Assembly: GCA_015680685.1 (NCBI GenBank)
Contig: MNCI01002391.1
Location: forward strand, 30,944 to 94,943
Reading direction: 5' to 3'
DNA: 64,000 bases
Origin: Gnetum montanum
Taxonomy: Eukaryota > Plantae > Gnetophyta
How positions within the stretch are numbered: the stretch's first letter is position 1; each line of letters starts with the position of its first letter. A model generated the notes under the pieces. That model saw nothing but the letters and a program-made list of their open reading frames with translations, did not search any database and was not told the DNA's origin. This document shows positions 10,443 through 23,571 of this stretch, one piece after another. The position numbers were made by a program, and so were the translations under genes.

Positions 10443-13386
10443 ATGGTCAAAACTTAGGCTAAGTGTAACTGCCCAATGAGGAAGGTACTTAAACACTATA
10501 GGTTACATGGTGAATGCTAATCCTTGGTTATGTTTTAACCACAGATGACCCCTAAGGGAAAACACGCACAAGAAGGAGGACTATCCCAACCAAGGGACAA
10601 AAAACCATGAATAAGAAGGAGTTACGAATAACCTCATGAAAAAGTAAAGACCCATGTCATAGGACCTCTTCTAGAGAAGTCCAAAGTGGAATCTATCTAA
10701 TAAATTCCTATAAAAACTACTACAACAACACAATCTCACCGAGATGAGGCACTTGAACCCAAATCAAACCTTGAGGTTACCTTGATGGGAGCCAAACTTA
10801 GGTAGATCATGAATAAGGAGTTCTAGAAATCCATGCTTCAAGAATTAAACTTCAGATCTTTCTTAGAGTTCGCACTGCAAGAAGTCAAAACTCAACTATA
10901 TAACTCTCCCATGTGGTCCATAATCACTTCCAACGGGGAGTGGTATATGAGAGAGACATACCTATTTTGGAACAATTGGCAGGATAGTTCAATAGTCAAA
11001 ATCAAAAACATCTTAGTATCCTACTCAATGAAATCCATTGTAGAGGCCCTTGGGTTACTAGAAACGAGGGCAAACCTTGCTGAAATTTCCATGCAAGTAG
11101 ATCCTTGCATGAAGAAGGAATGGATGCAATGGTGTTATGGAGTTGATCATAAGGAGTTTGGCACACTCAACATGATGGAATGTGCATATTTTAAAATTTT
11201 TGCCTTTCACCTGAATCCAACAATGAGGCCATGAAGGATCATAGCTTTCTCCTCCTATGCATGTGTCACTTTAAGTGGTAGATTCTTGATCAACATTCTA
11301 TAGCTTATCTATTTTTGAGATAGATAAGAATTTTAAATTAAATGAATGTAGAAGAAAGATACGTCCCTTCCCATGCCCCATCCAAAAATTATGCAATAGG
11401 GGAGGAATAAGCTGCTATACAAATTTTGTCATTTGACATGCTCTATTTGCTTCTTAGGTAGAGATGATGAAGGAAAAGGTACTTGCCAAGATCATCTATA
11501 AAATGGAGTAGTGACCACCACCTCCACCACCCACTCATGAAACAATGTTAGAGGTTCATACTACCCTTAAGAACATGCATGAGATCCAAGAGTAGCTCTT
11601 ATGAAAGTAGGAGTAGCAAGTAGAAATGAGTGACGGTGATCCATCTATGTATCACCCAATGATGAGTCAGCTTAATGAAGTGGCTCAAACAATTAGCTAG
11701 ATGTGGGAAGGTGAATCAATTTTCTTAGCCTAAAGAATGCAACTACCTATGAGGTCAAATCCTAATGCTTGAGAGATAATAGTATCTCTCTTACAATAAT
11801 AGTAATTCCTAGAAATATATGGGGACACTACTAAATTTTTAGTTTGTCTGGAGGAGGGTGAGGGGGTAACTATCTTGGTGATGTAACATCATGGATAGGA
11901 GATAGTAGCAAATATGGTTTCTAATAGAATTTCCAAGGTATTAAATGCACCTACGGTGTTTGTACCACATGTTTCTACACTAAGAGATCTGCAGACATTC
12001 ATAGAAACAATTAGTAGTAGATTGAGTGTAGCCCAACATAAGAAGTTGTTGGATTGATTAGTGGGAACTAAGTAACCACTTTCAAATGTCTTTGACCTTC
12101 TAGATACAATCATTGCAACCCAATTAGAGTTGCTATAAGAAAGAGGAAAGTGCATTATATTGAAGGGGTAACTCGAAACTGCCCAAGCACAAAACCAATG
12201 ATTGGGTTTGAACGTTGTTAAATTAAGAAACTATCTTGCTAATCCCATGTTTCTCAACCTCATACTAACACATGATGAGGCCTTCAAGTAGCTTGAAGAA
12301 AAGCTCAAAAATTTTGAGAATAAGAAGGACATGACCATCTTTGACCAGTTTGTGGCCAATGCCAAAATGTACACCATTCAGAAGGACTTGGTTTAGATAC
12401 ACCATGAGAATGCAATTTTGACCATAGAAAATCATCACTTGCATAATGTTGATTTGTAAAAGCAATAGATGCAAGGTTTCCATCATCGATAGGAGCAAAA
12501 AGCTAGAGTAAATAATGACCTAAGGAGATTAGCAATAGAAAATTGAAATCTCTCCATGGAGAAAGTCCAAATTCTTCATAAAATATCTATGATAGAGACA
12601 GCCACCTAGAAAAGTGAGGCTAGAAAATTTGAGAGTTAAGAGTCATTACAAAGATCAAGTTGGTTTGCAGAAAGAAATCAATGAGAAACACATCCAAATA
12701 AAAAAGGAAAAAGTCAATGAGGCCCTCTAACAATTGAAGGCAGGAGGTGATGCCTAGTAGCCTATCTTTGATAGACTCAATGACTACAATAAGGTAGAGA
12801 TTTTCATGAAAGAGTTATAGATCAAGGAGATGATGGAGTACATGGAGCTTGCCAATCTCCATTATGTAAATTTGGCGATGCTAGCTACTCGATGGCCATG
12901 GTCCAAATTGGAGAAACAAGTGGCTAGTGTATACCTATTGTACAAAGTAGAGTTCAACAAGGACACCAAGTTAAAGATTGAGATTACCAACACTAAAATC
13001 AAGGTTCTCAAGGCAAAGTTCATCTATCAATGATCAATTATTGAGAACCTGGCCAAGAGGATGAATGACTACCAAGAGTTGTAGAATGTAGTCAAGGCAT
13101 TTGATGTTGAAAATAAACTTTTCATCACCTAGTTTGTCAATGTTAAGGATCTTTTCATAGTAATGCCCTATCCCTAGGATGTTCCCATGCTAGCCTAGAT
13201 ACAAGATGCTCTAGGGATCATGAATGATCCTAGGGAAAAGGAGGAGAAGATGAAGGCACTATTGGATGTCTTTCATCTTCCATAAAAAGCTATAGCTACT
13301 GCAGGGCAACCACAATTGCCTCAATCATCACATGTGCCTAGAGTAAGATAAGGTCCTTTAGAGCCTTAAGATCCTCCATTGATTAG
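10443..13386 (+). pseudogene. Athila-like accessory ORF2 ('env-like'): plant-transposon-protein/PMD-like N domain plus long coiled-coil C-terminus
   Basis: Lies between INT and PPT of the outer element. Contains EWYMRETYLFWNN..VKIKNILVSYSMKSIVEALGL. Homologous copies at 28982-29807 (+) and 15620-16664 (-). Confidence 0.7.
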
Positions 13387-13626
13387 GATTGGTTAATTTT
13401 ATTTAATGTCTTTGCATCATCTAGGAATTGTGTTTGTCAATTTTTTCTTGGTATTCAATTTTGTTGTTTTGAGCATTCAAAATTTTGTAATCAATGAAAA
13501 AACATACACTTTGGGCACTTAGTTTTATCTTGTTTCTTGTGTGTTTGTTTTGTGTGTCAATAATCCCATACCTTCTCAAATTTTATGAAGAACTTGAGGA
13601 TGAATTTTCATTTAGTCATGGGGGTA

Positions 13627-14530
13627 TGATGAAGTGTCATGGTTGGCCACATCGATGGGATGTTGTCGATGTGACCTTGTTGATGGGATTTCATTGATAT
13701 AGGATTTGACCTATTGACATGTACCCATTGAAAGGTCTTCCTATTTCACCTATAAATACAGACTCACCAGTTCTATTTATGACATAAGTCTCATAGTTGT
13801 AGTGAAGCTCTAGTAGTTTTTCCACTTGAAAGATAAAATATTTTTCTAAGTGCCTATAGTAGGAGTTAAAGAGTTTACAGATCCTTATTTGAGAACTATT
13901 GTACTTGAGCGCTGAAATATGTGTAGCAAAAAAATGAGCTTTTTGATAAACCTTGTAGCACTTTGAAATAGATTAATTATTTCCTTTATGCATTTAATAT
14001 ATTAAGAAATTTCCTTTAATGCTTTAAGTAATTAAAGTAATTAAATTAAACCAATTTAAGCTAAATTAAGATAGATTAAATAATGATTAATTAAGTAGAT
14101 AAGTACGATCACTTTGAGCATATGCTTGACTCTTGGTAATCTCATTAATGCTTAATGTTTGGTGACCTAGTAGTATTAAATGTGTTCAGGATGTGCATGG
14201 CTAGTGAGAATGGATTCTTATGTTAGGATTAGTTAAATGTTAGTTAGTTAGAGTAAATTAGCAATTAAAAACATATAATTATTTATTCTTTATTCTTAGG
14301 TGAATAGAAAACACAAAAAAAAGGATAAAACTCACATGCCTCAGTTGCAGTTAACCATACCTTTGCATTTCATAAGTGTAATTGGTATGACAATGATTAT
14401 AACAATTAGTTTTACCTCCTATAGACCAATGTACTTAGAAGGCTATATAAGTCCACAAAATTTGACCAGATCACACATGAAAACTTAGCAATTCATATGG
14501 TTGGGCATAGGGTCTACTTGCTGCTCATCA
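13627..14530 (+). repeat. 3' LTR of the outer Athila-like element (327-14530)
   Basis: Preceded by ttgaggatgaattttcatttagtcatgggggta. TGATG...CTCATCA termini. TATA near 13751. Confidence 0.85.
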
Positions 14531-14565
14531 ACAACCAAAATTCAAAATCCATCTTCTTGAAAGGA

Positions 14566-15419
14566 TGATGAGTAGTAGAGTAGACCTTATGCCTAACTAT
14601 ATAAATCACAAGATTTCACATGTAATCTAGTCAAATTTTATGGACTAGGTCTAGTATAGACATCTAGATACTTAGATGTTAGATCACTGGCTGTTGTATT
14701 ATGAATAACAATTGTTTGAGATTTGTTTGTATTATTAAGTGCAATTGAGACATATGATAGTGATATTGTTAAGGCCATAGCAAAAATATTATTAAAATAT
14801 TAAAATATCAAAGTTTAAAATTTTCTAGCCTATGTATAAAGAGTAGATCTAGTCTAGCCTCTGTATAAAGTACTTGTTCCCAACTTTCTATATACATCTT
14901 AAACATATGCTAACATCATTGGGTTACTAAGTACCTATAGTTAGATGTACCAAGTGGTGCACTTCTAGAATTACCAAATGTTACCACATTTATGCTCAAG
15001 GATACTTTTACTCATGTGGTATAATTAAATGGGATGAACATAAAGTAATTAACTAAGTACCTACAAATTAAAAAAATAATTAAGATCAAACTGTAATTAA
15101 AGAAAGATATTACACTATTTCCAAAGTTGGATATCAATCTTATTATCATCATGAAAATGTGCTAAGGTACATGATCACATAAATAAAAGTCTATATAGTT
15201 TAGTTATTTTACATTGCAAATACTTGAAAAAAAATTTATATCTTACATGAAGAAACAAAAGAGTTTGGTTAAGCTACTAACCAAATGATGTCCTAAATGC
15301 AGTGGGTATGCACATTTATATAGGTATTCATTATACTTGTGTCAAAATATTGTATTGATAAAGTAGGACATGCTATGATATTATTATGTTGACACTGCCA
15401 CCAAAATCAAGACTCATCA
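14566..15419 (-). repeat. 3' LTR of an oppositely oriented family member
   Basis: TGATGAG...CATCA termini. The reverse complement of the PPT (acccccacgagtgaaaactc) follows at 15421. Its U5 mirrors 14447-14530. Confidence 0.8.
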
Positions 15420-15619
15420 TACCCCCACGAGTGAAAACTCTTCATTGAGTAAACAAAATTGGGACTAAACTTACAAAATTATGGAAGTGACATAATTGAA
15501 TCTAATTGACTAACTTAAGTTCCATATTACAAAATATATTTGATTATTTATAATTTTTTCTCATGATAAAATTGAACACATTATAAAAACTAGTAAGTAG
15601 ATATGTACAAAAATAAATC

Positions 15620-16664
15620 AAGATATATACTTGAGGTAGCACTAGGTGGTGGTGGCTCCTCATGCCTCGATGGTAATTATAGTTACTCTACTAGTACACA
15701 CTTCAGCTTAAATGCATCTAGTAAGAGGATCATTTTCTCTTTCTTCTTTCTATGCTTGTTGATGATCCAAGCCAATTCACCTATGGTAATAGTTGTGAAA
15801 AATTTCTAAGGATAAGACAACGTTGAAAATATTTGCATTCAATGTCAAATGATTCCATTGTATTTGTAGCTCCTAGTACTAGCTCATTCTTTAGGCTATA
15901 TTTTTAGCAACAGTCTTATGATCTTCAAATCTAGTTTTAAGGGCCTCAAGATCCATATTAGCTATATATAACTTTCATCATGCCTCCTTGTGGAGTTGGT
16001 ACTTATTCTCATATAATAAGTATGATTTGGTCACTTTTTTTTGTAACTTAGATCTATACCTCCTAAGAATAAGCATCACAAGATTGGCATAATGAAGATG
16101 GGCCAACTCTATGTACATCATCATCTCCTCAATTTGTAGCTCCTTCATGTAGATTTCTACTTTACTATAGACATTAAGTCCATCAAAGATGGGCTACGAT
16201 GCATTGCCTTGGGGTTATTTGAGGGCTTCATTTATATTTAATTTTGCTAATTGAATCTCTTTCTTGTTTGTTCCTTTTTATAGGTCCACTTGTAACTTGT
16301 AATGATTTTTATGATTCTCATACCGAAGTGCTTTATTCTTTAAGGAAACAATCTTAATGGTCAATTTTTTACAAATTTCTTTTACATCTTCCATTAAGAA
16401 ATTTATATTTCAATAGCCAATCTTCACATGTCTGCATTTACTTTTGCTAGTTGCTTTTGTTGGTTGTTAAGGTAGTCTTCTACTTACTCTATTTGTTTAT
16501 GAACCTTAAATAGTCTCTTGTTCTTCTTAGCTAGATTCTTATTTTCTTTGTACATCATGGAAAGATCCTTCTTTACTACATTTAGCATTGCATTCATCAA
16601 TGATGCATCATAGGTAACTTTTTCCTTCTCTATCTTAACATGATGTTGTTTGACCATAAGTTGC
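15620..16664 (-). pseudogene. C-terminal coiled-coil part of accessory ORF2
   Basis: Reverse complement matches 12740-13100 (PIFDGLN.YSKVEIYMKEL). Cut by the insertion at 16665. Confidence 0.7.
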
Positions 16665-17529
16665 TTATGAAGTGTATTTTATCTAGCTTCAATATTGAAG
16701 CCCTGATATCAAATACTTGATATTGGGACCTAAGAAGTGATGTTGGATATCTGATATCATGGGATGCATGCTAGCCTATAAATATAACATTTCGATGCAT
16801 GGGTTAGACATTCTTTTGTCAATAGAGTAGCCAAAGTCTTGCAGTTTTATTTTGTAGTCTTAAAGAACAATTAGTGAGTGCCCACTATGTTGATCTGAGT
16901 CAGTTTTGTAGCATCTTATTTGAGTGCCAATGTACCTAGACACATTTCATGAACAATAACAAGATTGAGATTGATTCTTATTCATTGTAGAACTTTGAAT
17001 TAGATTAGATTTACTTTCTATGCAATTTATTTTTCATGTATTTAGTTAATATGTTTCCATGCATATTAATGAATTGGTAGAATGAGCATGACTAGTTTCG
17101 AGTGTAAACATGTATTCACATGGTATCCCTAGTAGCATTATTTCTTGGTTCTCGTAGTAGCATAGAACTTGGTAATCCTAGTACTGGATATGTGGATTTA
17201 AGATATGTATAGCAAGCTATGAATGGACACTGATTGCTCATAGGTAGTTTAGACTTCACTTTTCATTGTTAATTAAATTAAATAATTGATTTCTTTATTA
17301 TTCTTAGGAGTAGTATAAAATCAAAACAACATCAAGAACATTATGCTTCACTTTGGAGTAAACCATATGTGGCAAAGCTACCACTAGTCCAAGTGGGAAG
17401 ATAGTAAGTTGCAATCAAGACATAATGATTTAGATGCCATCACTAGTCCCATCCATGGAATTCAATTGGATTGTGTGTGAATTCTTGTAATTCATATGGT
17501 TTAGCATAGGGGGTACTCACCACTCATCA

Positions 17530-17548
17530 TTGGCATCATTGTCAAGGA
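17530..17548 (+). promoter_or_regulatory. Primer binding site, tRNA-Asp type (decayed)
   Basis: ttggcatcattgtcaagga equals TTGGCGCCGTTGCCGGGGA after C>T and G>A changes. Sister copy at 26807-26825. Confidence 0.75.
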
Positions 17549-17664
17549 TTGTGCTAGTTATCTAGATTAGTTATATTATACACGATTGCCATAAAAGTAC
17601 TAACAATTTATCTTTTAGAAAATATTAATATTTTATTTTATTTTAAGCCACACATATTAAAAAC

Positions 17665-20420
17665 ATGTCTTTTTCACATAGGACCAATAATGCATTTTAT
17701 GATGAGAACATTCATTAGAGAATTAATAGGATTTATATTGAAGAAAGTTGGGGTGAACAACTTCATGCAGGGGTTTCATATGCTCATTTTTATCTTGACT
17801 ACACTCAAGGACTATATTCACCTAAGGAGATCATTCTAGAGGATATGGAGTAGGTCCTAGAACAAGGAGGGCCTTAAGGCCTAGGACCTCCTTTGAATTT
17901 AGAAATGATACACCAATGGATCATTGGGAGAATGATAGAAGTCATAGTGATTCTCCCAATTCCTCATCTTCCTCTTCCTCTTCAACATCTTATTCTAACA
18001 AAGATGAACATAAGTATAGAGATAGAGCTCCACTATGGGGTCAAGATAAAGATAGAAATCAAACCAAAAGGCAAAATCAAAGACATCAAAATGAGCATAG
18101 ACAGTAGTGTTACAATTAGATGAATAGAAATATAGATTATCACCATGTTGTGTTTAGTATAGATGAACCCTTGTTGGCTACTAGGGGCCTAACACAGATT
18201 AGGGAGGTAGTTCAAATATCCCAGAGGCATTAAAGAGATAGCCACATCAAACAGCTCATTATGGAAAACATTTCTAAATTTAGGGGAGGCTATAAGTTTG
18301 ATCCACAACATCACATACAAGCCTTCCATGATGCCTATGCCTTGAAAAATATTAAACGTAAGTGGCAAAAGATTAAGCTCTTTTCTAGAACACTAGTAGA
18401 TGAAGCTATAAGTTAGTATAGCTTATTGGAACTAGATTCAATCCGCCGATGGTCCACAGTGTTAGAGCTTTTCAACAAAAAATACCAAACCTATGCAAGA
18501 GTGTCCAACCTAAGAAAACAAATCCAAGGGTGAAAGAAAGAAAATCATGAGCCCTTGGATAGATACTATTCGCTACTACATAGATGTCCTAACCATGATT
18601 TATCTCAACAAGAGAAACTTTTCCACATCATAGATGGGCTCATGATGAAATGGGGGAGACCCTTGGGACTTATGCCCAAGGTCAATTATATGAATTGAAA
18701 GTCCATCAGATAAAAAGGCTAATCGAGTGGGTGGCAAAAGGAGAAGGAGAATTATGTAAACTAGAGAATGTAGAGGAAAATAACTAGGATCCAACTCTTT
18801 AAAGGAAAAGGATCCATATCTATGATAAGGAAAAAGGGGCAGCTCTTGATGAGATGATTTCACAAAAAACCTTACTAATACAAAAGTCTATCAATGAGCT
18901 TGAAGTAAGGCTAGATAAGATATGGGAGTTGATGAATGAAAAAGTTACAAATTACACAAAAATCATAGAGGAGAGAGTAATGCAAAATGAATTGAGTAAT
19001 CAAAACAATAGGAGGAAAAAGAACCAATAGAAGAAGCAAAAAGGAAAAATAGTTGTAGAAGAAGAGGCTATACACTCAACCATAGAAGAATAAGATGGAT
19101 GTGAGATCTACATATATGATCATCCAAAGGGCTATTGCCCAATTATGTTACATTTACATGAGTATCTTTTTTTTGCTTTGAATTCCATGTTCGTATAAAA
19201 GCAAATGCCTAGGAAATTACCTTTCTCAAAAGGTAATTATAGATAGTCTTACAACCAATCGTACTATCCTAGTGGTACTTCTTATCAACCTCAAAACTAC
19301 TATCAAATGTAGTGGAAAAACCCATAGTCATGGGGGAGGTCATCATCAAACTAGAACTACCGTTACTACCAGTTGGACCCATATGAATATTATGTTCAAC
19401 AACCTATTTTCCCAACTGGTTCTACTTCCTCTACCTCAAATCAATACTACTAGTCTTTGGAATATCATCAACTAGCAACATCTTCTAAAGGATCACGATC
19501 TCATGCCTCTCATCCTCCATCATATCCTTAATATTCTCATACTTCCCTCCATCATATGTCATCGCCAATAACATAGGAAGGTTTAACACCACAAGATCAA
19601 TAAAAAAATGCCACTTGTGTTCTAAGCATACATTGAAATGATAATGCTAGTAGGTCTCAAAAGAAATCTCAATAATGTCCATTCTTTAGGATAGTTCCCA
19701 TGCATAAGCATAAAACTCATAGACCTAATAGCACATCAAAACCAACACTAGGCCAATCTGGTGCAACATCCTTCCTCACCAGAAAAATGTCTCCTAATCA
19801 TACAAAAAAGCCAACAATCATCACCACTCCAACATAGGATAGAAATGATGAATCCATCATTGTGGAGAGACAAAAACCTCCATGCATTACTAATAATAAT
19901 AAAGGGTGCAGTTGTGAGCTAGAAGTTCAAAATATTAACAGGAGCCCTATACCAATCCACAACAAAGTTAAGGAACAAGTGTGTGAGTGAAAAGAAGTCT
20001 ATGCAGTGGCCAGTAAACCAAAAGACACCTAGTGGCTTGAAAATGAGGATATAAAATTGTTTTAAAGATGCATGGAAATAACAGATTTGCTAGTTAGTTC
20101 TAAACTTAAGAAAACAAACCAAACAAAGGACTTAGAGGCATATATCTTACACTCTAATTATACACTAGAAAAGGATATTAAACACAGAGACCCAAAAATT
20201 AAAACAGAAAATGAATAAGAAGAAGCAAACACATCTAGATCCTCCAAAATAGAAAGACCTTCAAGTCCAAATGAATATATGTATTTGAATGATCCAAATG
20301 AGACTATCACTAATGTTAGATGTGCTACCACTTGATTAATTAAATCAGTAACTATGATAGATGGGAACCTAGTGGTGTATATTCAAGGGATTGTGTAATC
20401 CATCTCCCAAATGTGTAACC
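17665..20420 (+). pseudogene. Degenerate gag with C-terminal domain X
   Basis: Starts MSFSHRTNN. Contains ISKFRGGYKFDPQHHIQAFHDA..IKLFSRTLVDEA and a CEIYIYDHPKGYCP knuckle-like segment. Homologous to gag at 6900-8450 and 26949-27742. Confidence 0.8.
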
Positions 20421-23419
20421 ATAAGATTAGTCATGGGGGAGATGCTGCATCTTGGTTCAAGAACTAATAAGTGTTTTTCACCTTTTTATTTTACAATTTT
20501 TTATCATTTCCCTATTTCTTTTCATATTTTTTGATTCTTAATATGTTTTCCATTTCTTAATATTTGTTTTCTTTTTTTATACTTTTCTCTTTTCTTGATT
20601 CATTTTCCTTATGTTTTATGAATGTTTTTTATGTTTTTGTTAATAATATTGCCAAGTCATGATGTAGAAGTCAATTCTATGTGTTGGGTTTTTTTTCTAC
20701 ACTATTAAGATGATCGGGTAAGTAATAGTGTAAAGTAGTGAGACAACCTCATCCATCCCTCCAGTTCTCTGAATAAAAGGTCTTTATCATGAAAACAATT
20801 TGGTTCTTCTTTCATGAAACTAAAATTAATGAATGATCATTGTATCTTAAATAAAGAGGGAATGACCAAGTGGGAATGGCAAAGGGTGTGACCTTAAGGA
20901 ATCTTGTTGGGTTCTCTTCTTGACTTCCTTTGTGTAGTTTATGACTCCTCTTGGAACGTATCATCACTCCTCTATCGACCAATAAAAAGAAAGCTATGTC
21001 TTTGCATGGTGTGATTCCCATTTCAAAAAATATATATTTCAAATTCAAAAAGAAAAATGAAAAAGAAGGAAAAGAAAAATTAAAAATTAAAAATTAAAAA
21101 GAAATAGCAATAATGAAAATTAAAAAACATCCCTTAGACATAATAATGGGCTACAAGCAGTAGTTATGGGGCTAGAAAGACATGTTACCCATGCCTAAAA
21201 GCTCCCCTCTAACTAAGGCCCTTCCTTCTCCTTTCTTCTCCTTTTGGAGTGATGATTGTCCTTTGAGGTGGTTATGACTCATGGTGGTAGGCAAGTGGGA
21301 ACACATCAATGCAAGGTCACTGTTAGTGGTATGGACTTGGTTTGAAACTTGGATAGATCGGTATGCAAATCATTTTAATCACATTTGACACAAGAACATA
21401 TTGTGGACATTATAAAGCACCTTACATCTCGATCTCTGCAATCCCTTCTCATTCCATTATTCACGTCACTGTTGCATGTGATTATGAGCCTTTTGGTTTT
21501 GATTATTCACGTCACTGTTGATCTCGATCTCTGCAATCCCTTTTGATTATGACCATGGTATTTGAGTATTACTTGGAACATAAAGATGATCTACATTTAA
21601 CTTCTTGGGTGCCAATGAACATCTATAGAAGTGGTTATGNTTTCATTAATTTTTTCTACCTTTTTATTTCCATATCCATTAATATTTCTTTTCAATCTTA
21701 TGAATTAGACCTTTGGTTTCAATTATTCAAAAACATGTGCACTTCTAGAGTCACACTCATTAGTCATGGAGGCTAGGAATGTTTGTTTTGAAATTTTTTG
21801 AAATGTTTGAAATTTTTCTAACATCATATTTTCAAACATTATGGTAACTAATAGTAATTGATCAAAATAATATAAATTTCTTTATGATTTTAGTTACCTC
21901 ATGGCCTTGGGCATAGTATGCTATCATCACCTTATGCTTAAATCCAAACTAAGGAATCCAAAAAGGGTTAATTATTAAGGAAATTTTACTAAAACTAATG
22001 TTGATTCTTTGGTGACTATAAGTAATGCTAAAGAAATGCCTAAGAAAGAAGGTCTTTTCCTAAGCATGAAAACAAAGACAAGAGGCGGACAATGGAGGAT
22101 ATTCCCATGGAAAAATCATAGCACATATAAGATAGTAGCTCAAACACTACATGTTTGCTAGATCCATGGGATGATGAGAAGAAATTTTAGTCCAACATTT
22201 AAGAAAGCTCTACATAACTAGTGAAGCATTAACATTACAATCAAGGTTGAAAGTTTTCCACCACTATTGACAACAAGAAGAATCATCTTTAGTGGATTTT
22301 TGAAGACCACTACAAATTTTGTAATCTTCAATGTCTGTCCAGTCTTCTTATCAATTTTTCATTTTGTATGCATTCACTTGAATAAAATTTTTTAATGCAT
22401 CACTAAAAGTTAGTTAGTAGTTAGCATTTTTCAATAATTCCATACCTTCTCAATATTTTATAAGGGACTTGTTCCTCCTTTTTTTCACTTGAGGATGAGT
22501 TTTCATTCAGTCATGGGGGTATGTTGAAGTGTATTCTGATTAGCTTTGATATTGGATATCTAATATTAGGGCTCAAGAAGCAACGTTAGATATGCAATAT
22601 CATAGGATGCATGCTAGCCTATAAATATAACACTTGGGCACACATTTTGAACATTGTTTTGCCAATAGAGTAGTCAAACTCTTGTAGGTTTTATTCCCTA
22701 GTCTTAGAGAATAGTTAGTAAGTGCCCACAATGTGAATCTAAGTTAGTTGTACAACATCTTATTCGAGTGGCAAATGTACCTAGACACATTTCACGAATA
22801 GTAATAAGATCAAGATTTATTCTTATTCATCATAGCACTTTAACTTAGATTAGATTTACTTTCCATGCAATTTACTTTTTATGTGCTTAGTTAATATTTA
22901 TGTTTTCATGCATATTAATGAATTGGAGGAATGAGCGTGACTAGTTTTGAGCATAAACATGTATTCACTTGCTAACACTAGTAGTGTTATTACTTGGTTT
23001 GCCTAGTAGCATAGCACTTGGTAATCCCAATAGTGGATACGTGAGTTTAGGACATGTATGGAAAGTTGAGAATGAACACTCATCACCTATAGGTTAGTTT
23101 AGACTTTACTTTTCATTGTTAATTATTTTAAATAATTAATTTCTTTATTATTGTTAGGAGTAGCATAAGGTCAAAACAACATCAAGAATCATATGCCTCA
23201 CTTTGGACTAGACCATACATGAAAAAGATACCACTAGTCCAAGTGGAAAGACAACAAATTGTGATCAAGACACAATGATCTAGATGCGACCACTAGTCCC
23301 ATTGATAGAATTCAAACAAACCATGTGTGGACACTTATGATTCATATGGTTGGACATAGGGGATACTCACCACTAATCAGTTACCTAAAGGTCCCATCTC
23401 TTATAAGGCTAGGTTTATA

Positions 23420-23532
23420 AAGACTAGGATTAGACAATGGTATAGGGATACTTATTTTGAGCTCTTTTTCATCTTCATAAAAGGTTGATTTATAGCTTTA
23501 GGGAGATAGAGAGAGTTTTTTGCTATAAGCTT

Positions 23533-23571
<39 letters not shown>

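Larger units (their letters stand above)
16665..23379 (+). mobile_element. Complete non-autonomous Athila-like element (gag plus domain X; no protease or pol)
   Basis: LTRs at 16665-17529 and 22522-23379. TSD GTTGC/GTTAC (1 mismatch). PBS at 17530-17548 and PPT at 22509-22520. Confidence 0.85.

Noticed and set aside
17598-17682. TACTAAC branch point plus cacatag splice acceptor before gag
   Set aside because: An in-frame ATG (17665; 26949 in the sister copy) explains it as MSFSHR coding sequence.
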